Part shown: positions 54,901-64,000 of the stretch, one piece after another | Position numbering within the stretch: the first letter of the stretch is position 1 | Layout of the letters: each line of letters begins with the position of its first letter | Source of the DNA: Raillietiella orientalis | Taxonomy: Eukaryota | NCBI GenBank assembly: GCA_036172245.1 | Contig: JAYWIR010000075.1 | Location: 186,001 to 250,000, forward strand | Reading direction: 5' to 3' | Length of the DNA stretch: 64,000 bases | Translations under genes and position numbers: made by a program | Notes under the pieces: generated by a model | What the model was told of the DNA's origin: nothing | Seen by the model: only the letters and a program-made list of their open reading frames with translations | Database searches by the model: none

Positions 54901-57900
54901 CACCTCGCGCTCTCAGCGGAAACTACCTGATCCCTTCCAGCATTCGTCCGGTGCTGCGACGGACAGCCGTCGAGATTTTGTGCTGGGGACTCCGGGACAT
55001 GGCCAGCTTCGAGATGACGGCCGTTAGCTGCCCGTCTGTCGAGTTCGAGATAAACGGAAGCGTCGTCGTGTCAGAGGTCATAGAGAATCTCCGGGAGCAT
55101 CCTAACTTCCAGAATCCCTTCCTGTTCCTGGACGTGGTGAGAGAGATTTCCTCTTTCCGCTCCCCTCCTCTTTCTCTCTTTTTCCTGCCATTCATCCAGC
55201 CTTCCTTCTTTCCGGATACCGTCATCCCCAGATGCTGCCGGAGGAGGGAGAGTACATGCCCCCTCTGAACGTGAAAGTGCACGACCACCGTGCCTTTGGG
55301 AGCCGCCCACTCGTCGCGCACTGCGTCATAAACGACCTGTCGAAGTACCGGAAAAAGGAAAAAGGAGATCAGGAGGAAGCGACGAAGCATCTCTCAGAAA
55401 GCAGCAGCTGCAGAAACAACGACGGGGACTGCGTGAAGATCCGCATAGGAAACCAGGTGTGTGTGTCGGAGCTGGGGATTTTGCTCTCGAGACTGAGGAG
55501 TGGGATTCGTTTCTGACTCCACACCTTCCCTCTCTTCAGGAGGACTGCTTTGGTGAGGCTAGAAAGCCCCTCCTCCTTTCGAAGGACCTCCGGGGGCCGC
55601 CGGCGACGATGGAACTGCGAGACCTCGCCGTTCCTAAGGGAGGCGAGAAGGTGATCCCTGTTCTCCTCCCTCCTCCTCCTCTTTCCCTCCACTTTCTTAG
55701 TTTGTCCTCCTCCTGCCGAGGCGCCTCGGAGGTGCTCACGATGGACTCGTAGATCTCTGCTGAGGGAGAACTGGACTGGTGGTCCAAGTTCTACGCGTCC
55801 GTCGGCGAGCTGGAGAAGGCAGGTGACTACCTGACCGAAGGACACGACACGCTGATCGTGTACGAAAGCGAGCTGGAAGATGTGCCTCCCTTCAACGGAT
55901 TCTCAGATCTCCTGAACACCTGGATCCTCCTGCGAGGCAGCAAGTCCGCCTGCCATGGTGGTGATGAGCGGAAGGCAGGGGAGCTGAAGGTTCGCCTACC
56001 CGCTGTCCCTTTCCCTCCTTCTTTCCCACTCCTCTGCTCCTTTCTCTTAGAACCCTTTCGTCTCCGATCACCTTCTTCTTCCCTCTCGACACTCTCCTTC
56101 CCACCGCTCCCTTTTCCTTCCTTCCTGTCCTTTTCCTTTCATCCCCGTGCTCATACCCACTCTCTCCTCCTTGGGCGGAAATGGACCAATCAGGCTGAAG
56201 ACTCTTTTTCCAGGGAACGTTCCGGTGCTATCCTCTGCCCAGCGACCCTTCCTGTCCTCTCCCGGAGCCTCAGTTGAGCTGTGTACCCCACGGCGCCGTC
56301 GAGGAGGTCCTGCTCAGGGTGTACGTCATCCGGGGAATGGAGTTGACTCCGAGGGACCGAGGCAACAAAGCCGACCCGTACGTCGTGGTCCGAGTAGGCA
56401 AGAAGGTTCAGAGCTCCAGGGACCAGTACCGCTCCGGGACTCTCAACCCTTTGTTCGGCAAGTACGGAAACTGAGTCCCGCGCGTCCTCCTCCGCTCCGA
56501 GCGCCGACCCAATGCCCATGATATAGAAGTCTGGGTCGGCGGCCGAGGCTGGATTAAAGTCCCTGGAAAAGCAGCAGCAGCACCATCCCCATGACCGCCA
56601 GTGGATGCAGCCAGCGGTCTCTCCTTCCGCCTCTCTTTGCAGCGTCTTCGAGCTCACCGCGCGCCTTCCCCTGGAAAAGGACCTGCGGGTGTCCGTATAT
56701 GACCGCGACCTGGTGGGACGGGATGACCTCATCGGAGAGACCACCATAAACGTGGAGAATCGCGTGCTGACCCGCTTTCGTGCCACCTGCGGCTTGCCCA
56801 AGAGGTTCCACGCCAGCGGCCTGAACTCGTGGCGCGACTGCGAGGCGCCGCAAGCGATCCTCACCAAGGCATGCGAGGCCTTCAACCTCCCTCGCCCCGA
56901 GTGGCTGTCGGACACCCACCTGCGGATCGGGTCCTCCAGTTACGTCCTGGAGGACCTTGGTGAGCATCTCTTCCTGGGGTAGAAGGGGACGAAAACCTGG
57001 CCTCTCCCCCAGAGGAGGAGGGAGGAGAACCAGAGTACATGAAGGAGCGGTTGGCATTACGCGTGCTGCGCCAGCTCGGCATGGTTCCCGAGCACGTGGA
57101 GACCCGGACGCTAATCGATCCAGCTCTCCCGGACATGACCCAAGGGAGGCTGCAAATGTGGCTGGATGCCTTCCCGCTGAGCTGGGGATCACCTCCTGGC
57201 CCATGCGTGGATGTGTCCCCTCGCCAGGCAGTCCCCTACGTGCTGCGCTGCGTGGTGCGCCGCTGCAGGGACGTGCCGCTCCAAGAGAGCAACGTCTTCG
57301 GACAGCGCATGAGCGACGTCTACGTGAGAGGGATGCTGGAAGCAGAGGAGCGCGAGCAGCGAACCGACGTCCACTACCGCTGCGTGGACGGGGAAGCGCT
57401 GTTCAACTGGCGCCTCGTCTTCCCCTTCCGCTTCCTGCCCGCGGAGCAGGTCGCGGTGGTGGTCCCTAGGCTGCGCTCATGGCGGCTGCCCCTCGCCGGG
57501 GGAGGCAGCGGCGAGGAGCGGCGGGTGCCTCCGAGGCTGCACCTCCAGCTGTGGGACAGCGACCTCATCTCCCGAGACGACCCCCTAGGTGAACTCACTC
57601 TTGACCTCGTTTGGATGCCTCGGCCGGCGAAGAGCTTCCGCGAGTGCTCCCTGGAGATGATGGACGACGCCCCCTCCGCCGAACGGATGAACCTGTTCCG
57701 GCAGGGACGCGTCCACGGGTGGTGGCCGTTCTCCTACGTTTCCGGAGACGCGGAGCGGGTCCTGACCGTGAGTACAGGAGCTCTCGGCCCGTACCCACTC
57801 CCCCACCCCTTTGCTCCGTCTTCTGTGCGTAGGGAAAGGTGGAGCTGGAGCTGGAAGTCCTCACAGAGAAGGAGGCGACCGATCGTCCTGCGGGCGTGGG

Positions 57901-58249
57901 GCGTGGCGAACCCAACAAAAACCCTGAGTTGGTAGAGCCCAGGTGAGTCCGAGGGGGGAGGAAAGGGAACTCCGCTCACTCGACTCTCTTCTCTCTCTCC
58001 CGAACAGGCGCCCCGAGCTGTCTTTCGCCTGGTTTACTTCGCCCCTGAAGGCTTTCCGGTACATCCTCTGGAGGCGCTACAAGTGGACAATCATCACGTT
58101 CGCCGTCGTACTCCTGCTGCTGCTCTTCGCGGTCATCTTCTTCTACTCCTTCCCGGTGAGTTTCCCCAGACGCGCAAGTCTACGCTCCCCATTCTCCCCC
58201 TCCCTACTTGCAGGTGGCCGTCGCCAACTGGTTGGTTCGCTCGGACTGA
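42904..58249 (+). CDS. Type-I (DysF-containing) ferlin, dysferlin/myoferlin-like; about 27 exons, roughly 1950-2000 aa
   Basis: C2A in exons 42904-42997, 43046-43193, 43283-43461 ([31 protein letters not shown]). After a long intron (about 43462-50853): C2B ([13 protein letters not shown]), FerI ([22 protein letters not shown]), C2[16 protein letters not shown], nested DysF ([20 protein letters not shown]), further C2 domains ([34 protein letters not shown]), DWWSKFYAS, and a C-terminal TM ([28 protein letters not shown]); last exon 58214-58249. Internal boundaries approximate. Confidence 0.93.
45230..46440 (-). mobile_element. Highly decayed non-LTR retrotransposon remnant (in ferlin intron 3)
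   Basis: Minus-strand fragments in the expected order: [12 protein letters not shown] (about 45590, cf. K..SAPG.DG), PKG..DQRKF (about 45480), GCTTAC-A-GATGATCTT resembling AY.DDL (about 45315). Motifs are short and degenerate. Confidence 0.3.
48776..49420 (-). mobile_element. Diverged copy of the tRNA-headed SINE-like repeat (in ferlin intron 3)
   Basis: ATGAATCCAGGAAG, TCCCTGAACTCTGGAGAGGTGG, ATTCCTGGAAGG, CAGTGTCATCTTGCAGGAGGAACTCGAACCCACGAC and terminal CAC.GGCCTCCG shared with the other copies. Confidence 0.65.
49506..49874 (+). pseudogene. H2B: Histone H2B pseudogene
   Basis: [19 protein letters not shown] / [72 protein letters not shown] / [27 protein letters not shown]; two frameshifts (about 49563 and 49790), codon deletions and substitutions at conserved residues. 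Confidence 0.92.
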
Positions 58250-61200
58250 CCGACCGCCGCCGCCTCCTCCACTCTCTTCCCTCCCTCCCTCCCTCCCTCC
58301 CTTCAGCTTCCGGCCGTGAAGAGGGGCGGAGGGGAGATGGAGACAAAGCCGGAGCACGGGATACCTGTCGCTCCCGGAGTCGGCAATTACGGGAGAGGAG
58401 ACCACGCGCGCGCCCGCGCGAGCGAGCGCGCACGCAGTCTCCTCCGGTTCCGGAAGCTTCCCGGCGGCCTTTTTCCCCGGGGGATCGCCGGCCACGCGTC
58501 AGCCCCTTGCGAGCCGCTAATGAAGCGTAATGGGGTGCGTCCCGTCGCGAAGACGTCAGCTGCTCAGCTTGGAGACGCGCCCCCTGCATCCTACAGGTGC
58601 GCATCTTCCCGTTGGCAGAACGGAGGGAGCGTGTGCGCGGGGGCGGCGAAATTGCTCCTGTTCTCCCTCCGCCCTCGATTCTCCCGCCTTCGGGCCCGTA
58701 ATTTGCCGGAATCCTTTCCGGGAGCGGATCGGGACAGACAATAAAAAGACTCTTGGCGAAGTCCACGCAGCTGAGGGCGTCCAGGTGAAGCCCCTAGACT
58801 GGGAGGATGGGTGCGGTGGGGAGCAACCACCTCCCTTCCAGCTCGACGTCCACCTCCATCCCCACACACACCCCTTTTTTTCCCCCAGGACCTCTGTGGA
58901 ATCCTCTCGTCTTTCCGGAGGAGAAGTGCTGCGAGGCGTCTACCTGACCCCCCCGCGGGAATCCCGGAGCCTGACTCCTCCGGCGGTCGCTCGGCAGCAG
59001 TCCAAGGGATGGATCTCTCCATCCACCCTGGTCCCAAAGGGCGTGCACTGCCCTTCTCTCATGCCGCCGCCACCCCACCTGGGCGCATCCTGCGACTTCG
59101 CTCATCCTAACCAGGACGAACAGGAGGATGCTTTCCGGAAGATCCACTGGGTCGGCTCAATTTGACCTGTCAAGCGACCTCGGAACGGCGGCAGAGGGGG
59201 AGCGTCTCAAGCGACATCGGGGGACTGGATTTCTGGGATGCACTCGGGGGGTCAGGCAGCCCGTGGAGCCCGCAAGGTCCCCAGCAGCCGTACGTCCTTG
59301 CCAAGCGCCACCGTGGGATTCCCAGAAAACGGCGTGGCTATGGTCCCCAGCAAAGACAAACGCAATTCCCTGTTTCCACCTTTTCTTCCTTTTCCTTGCG
59401 CCTTTTCAGGCAGCTTTCGGTCGTGATCCTGGATTTCAGACTGAAGCTATTCCGGGACCGAAGGCAGTAGTCATCGGGTTCGGGTTTCACCCAGGTGCGG
59501 GCTCCCTTTCTCTTCCCGCTTCCCTCCTGCGGAACCTCTTGTGGCTGCAATCTTCTGGGAAGAAGGACTCTGGGAGGACTCAGGTTGTTCCAAGCACGGG
59601 CAGGAATAGCCTCTATGAGTTGTCTGTCGCCTGGTTCTCCCGTGGTGCTGAGGCTCAGCATCCAAGAGGAACGGAACGCCGGTTCCTTCATTCGGGTGTT
59701 ATTCCCGAAGAGATCTGGCGTTTCGGACGCGCATTTCCCGCCAGCGTGTCCCTCCCCCTCCCCTCCTCAACGGCGTGCGTTCCTTGGAAGCTCTCGCATC
59801 CGTCCCTTGCTCTTATAGAGTCTGAGTGTCCCATCAGCACTTATAAAAGAACTCGCGATCTGCAATTCCGGAACGAGAAATTCCGTGCTTCAAGGCGAAC
59901 TTGCGGGCGATCCCCGAACTTCGATCGTGTCCTTCCACTCTCCACTATGGAAGAGTACGCTCTCCTTCCCTAGTGGTTCTGGGATCCCCAGCTTCCAAGA
60001 GGGGACGGTGAGGACGCCTCGCAGCAGCCCGCTCGGGGAGAGAGAGGACCGCACGCCAAGACCGTCAGCAGATGCATCCCACGCCTGCTGGACCCAACTC
60101 CCGCGACTCCGAGCTCGTCGGAATGACCGATGATCTGCGGGGTCGATTCGAGCTGGTCTGTGATCTCGGAACGGCTGCAGGGAAGGGGCGCTTCGAGCGA
60201 CGTCACGGGGTTGCTGGGCCGACAGGCAAGGTCTGGGTGCTTTGCTTGCTCCCTCTGGCTTTCGGATCCGCTTCCATTCTCCCGTTTATTGGTTCCAGTG
60301 GGAATGCTCGCGGCGGAAACATGCAGGACGGTCCACTGTTTCCCCCTTTTCCTTCCTTTCCCGGCCGGCAGGAACCATGCTGTCTTCTCCCCGAACGATC
60401 CTCTTCAAGCATCGGCTGCCAGAGGCACTGGTTCAGAATGCAAGCTCAGGCACTTTCCTTGGGCACACTCTGGGGACCCCAGGAAGCACCACACTATTTA
60501 TATCTGCAGCTCGCTGTGCCTAGCACAAGAACGAGCGTGGGAACAGAATTTGTTGGTTGGGAAAACGGGGAATGCGGCTCGAGTTCCTGCTTATCGAAGG
60601 ACTCGCGTTGGGTCATCGCGTGGGTCTGATCCTTCTTAGGAGACCTTGATGCGATCTTCTTGAGGAGACGAGTCCTTCCGGAAGTCAACCGGAATCATCT
60701 GTGCAGAATCGACTTCTTGAGAGAACCTTCTTCTCCTTGAGATGCGGTCCGCGCTTATCCCGCGCTTTGCAGCTCTGCAAGATGCGACGTGTGGCTAACC
60801 TGCTCCCTGGACAGTGATCGCCGGAAACGGACAACAGGAAGGCCACTCCCATGGACACTTCCGTCAGAGGGCCTCCGCGCTGCTGCACAGGGACTTCAGG
60901 CAAACGGAGTGGGAGGGGGCCCAGCGAATTCTACAAAGTCTCGAACTGTAAGGAAGATGTCAGTTCATCCCGAATTTTCCGTGAGACGCCCTGTGCGCAA
61001 AAGCCAAAATTCGCGCAAATCCCCCCCCCCTTCCTCCCCTTCCAAAAAAAAATAAAGATGAAGAATGAATTGACAAACTCATGCAACGAAGTGAAATTTT
61101 CGCTAGTGGTCACAAAGTCACAGCCGCTCTACGGAGAACCTTTCCAGTGATAGAATGCTAGCAAAGCGGCGCGGGTCGGTCCTCGCGCTCATTTCGAACC

Positions 61201-62399
61201 AACCACCCTCCTTCCTCCTCCCGGGGCAAACTAAATGGCAAAGCGCAAGACATCAAGCCCTTCCCTTCGAAGTACCCCAAGTGTGGACAATAATCAGATG
61301 GCTGTGCTCTCGTTTACGTACGAGGGTTTCGGGTCAACAGGTGCCGCTTTTCCGTTGGGCGACCTGGAACGCAGTTAGGAATAATTGCATTTGTTAGAGG
61401 AAAATTTCGTTTTCAACCGCCTGTTGTTTCTAAGGCAACGAGATCTGCGAGGCGCACCTCTGATAAGAGTTCGAGAAGGAACACAATGAAAGCAAAACGC
61501 TTGCTCTAAATCAGCGGATAATCCAGAAATGACCAGAGCGAGGACAGAGAGAAATTCACCCGTGGATGCGACGGAGGAAAACCTCACTCCGTGTCAATGT
61601 GGCCGTGCTGTGTAGTGGAAGACGCTCGTGGGCCAACTTGCTCTTCGCGGAGACGGATGCTATTGATTCGACAGAAAGAAAAAAGCCTCACTTCTATCTA
61701 ATTTATATATTCCACTTTACTTCCTCCTTCTACTGAATGGGTGACATCCGATCCACGGGGAGCAATTGGTCCACGAGCGTCTGCCACCACGCAGCACGGC
61801 AACATTGCAGTAACGAACGGCAAGAAAGCAGAGAAAGCATGCTTCCCAAGAAAGGGAGGTTGAATAGTTGGCGTTCGAAAGCTCTAAATGAGACAAAAGT
61901 TTGTTTCTTGGTCTCTCACACGATACCTCATCAACCAGGCAGAATTCCAAGTGTTAAAAGATATGGGAAACCAAGATTGTTCGGTGCATCGTAGGGAGAT
62001 GAATTTAGTACTTGGGCACACAAGAAAAGCTTCAGTCATATCAAAATCAAATTTCAACTGAAAGAAAGACTGCTGAAAGAACAACCTGCTGTGAGTTTTG
62101 GGGTTCCTGCATCTCGCTCCGAGTCTGCGGAGATCACTGGTAGCTCCGTAACCACCGAAAATTCGTTGGACCAATCCTGACGATTTACTAGCATCAAGTG
62201 ATCGAACCTTTTGTGCCGACTGTTGAGATGAGAATTCTCTGAAGATCTGCAGCTGGCTCCAGTTTTGCGAATGGCATTTCACATTTGCTTTGATCTGGAT
62301 GCTTGAAGTTTTCTATCCTGCACGAGCTAGGACGGCTGGTTGAGGTGGGCACCGGGAATCCTCTACCGGTCGCTTGCGACGAGAGGTGCTCGTCCTGGA

Positions 62400-63450
62400 G
62401 AAGAACACCTCACCTCAGTTCCGTTGCTCTTCCCAATGAGCCCTGACTTTAGTTTCCCCCAATGGCTAATCTCTGCTTCTTGTGACATCTTCAGCAACAT
62501 CCATATAAATGCCAACCTCCGCTGGTAGCCCTCCTCAACATGAATACACTAGCAGTCCGGGACAGCTATCAAGACTCGTATAGATCTGCTCCATACAGAC
62601 TCTGTAATCATTTGTGATTTCAAGGACTGTGCTCTAAGAACCAGGTACGGACGCTGGAAAGCTGCACTCAATACCTTAGGTATTCCGGATAGTGAAAAGT
62701 TTTCCATCGTTGAAAATGGCTTTAGTAATGACACTAATCAGTAATAATAATCAGTGAGAAATTTGATGCTTATGGAATGATATCAGGAAGAAGAAGCAGA
62801 AGGATGTCCAGACTTTGAATGCATTTTTGGGTGGCTTTTAAGAACGCTGTTTTCCAGGGGTTCCCTCTAGCGTTTCCCTCAAACGACTGACCTTTCTCTC
62901 ATTTCGAGAATAACTAAAAGGATCGCAAGGAACGCTACCAGACCATCATCCATTCTCCTGGTCCTTCCTTCATTCGATGAAGACTTCATTTTTTACAGAA
63001 ATTTGCTGCCCCAAAATGTGCAGATCCAATTTTCTAATCAAAGGCTGATCCATTCTGTGGAGAGTCTGCATAAGCGGCTCGAAACAGTCATTGTCTCTAG
63101 GAGAAAAGAATCCAAGTCCTCTGCATCAATCGATCATAATTGAAGGCGTTCTCAAGCTGCCACAACGAAATACGGTGGTCGTTGGAGAGGGATCCCCACT
63201 AACGTCTTTCTAAGAGCAGCTGTCACAAGGGCGCGCTTGACACTTCGCCCGGCTTTGGTTGCCCCCAGCCTTCCTTCTGCAGTGAGCGCGACGCTTAAAT
63301 AAGGAGCACACGTTGCCGCAGCTGTCTTTTCTTCTGGATCCCCAGAAAATGCTCTTAGAATGAACCGTGGATTGCTGGTAGTGAAACTCCTTCGAAAGGA
63401 CGATGAGAAGCAAAAATAAATCCGAACAAGTTCCAGGGATACCGCTCGAA
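62400..63450 (-). mobile_element. Possible very old LINE RT remnant
   Basis: Minus-strand scraps such as GIPKVLSAAFQRPY (cf. GIP..L...I..LY) and VAEDV downstream of it; many stops, weak evidence. Confidence 0.2.
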
Positions 63451-64000
63451 GCTCTCGTTCCAAACTGCATACAAAGATGGAGTGCATACAGAAGAGCTTG
63501 GAAGATTCAAGGTGAACAGACTGCCCCCTCTGGATGCGACTAGTGCCCGATCACTCACCCGAAAGTAGCAGAAGAAGTGTGGGAGTTTCTCTGGGTGTCT
63601 TTCTTTGGATCTCTTTCCTCTTTGGGAATAAATCTTTAGCAAAGCATCGTCTCGAGCTGAGAATCGTATCAGAAACAAACACGAAGAAACGCGAAATCCA
63701 AGGAGAGCGGTTGAGTGATTGAGGGTGAGTCCTTTACAAAAAGAAAACCTGCATCACGCTTAGCAGCGACCGACTCCACGAGGAGCAAAGCTTAAAACTG
63801 CCACCAGCAGTGAGAAATGTGGCGAGAGAAAACAAGATTGCTCCCGTATCTTCATCCAAATGACTGTTTGTTCTTCGTCGATGATGAGTTGCACAGCAAG
63901 AAACACCGAGACGAGCTTCCTGAGATTTCAGACTTACCAGTTCCTTATCGGTCATTTCATCCTGCTTGGTTCAATTCTTTGATGTCCTTTTCTGGATAAA

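Overview
Eukaryotic (animal) genomic DNA. It is probably from an arthropod, judging by the arthropod-type N-terminus of an H2B pseudogene, but the species cannot be fixed from sequence alone. The window alternates sharply between AT-rich blocks (about 1-13.3 kb and 22.6-30.6 kb) and GC/CpG-rich blocks (about 13.7-21 kb and 31-61 kb). Six intact genes can be reconstructed by hand: a 14-exon PIWI-clade Argonaute (Ago3/PIWIL2-like, 893 aa, first intron GC-AG), a 7-exon two-SRCR lysyl oxidase-like gene, C1QBP/p32, TP53RK/Bud32, TRIAP1/Mdm35 (missed by the ORF track) and a roughly 27-exon DysF-type ferlin. The rest includes a histone H2B pseudogene, a dispersed repeat family with a tRNA-like head (SINE-like), and a nested cluster of L1/Tx1-like retrotransposon fragments with a clear target-site duplication, a twin-priming inversion and covarying 3' UTR hairpins. 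The most striking observation is that the TRIAP1 stop codon overlaps the TP53RK start codon (ATGA), suggesting a translationally coupled bicistronic animal mRNA. Most ORFs listed in the GC-rich blocks are spurious shadows.
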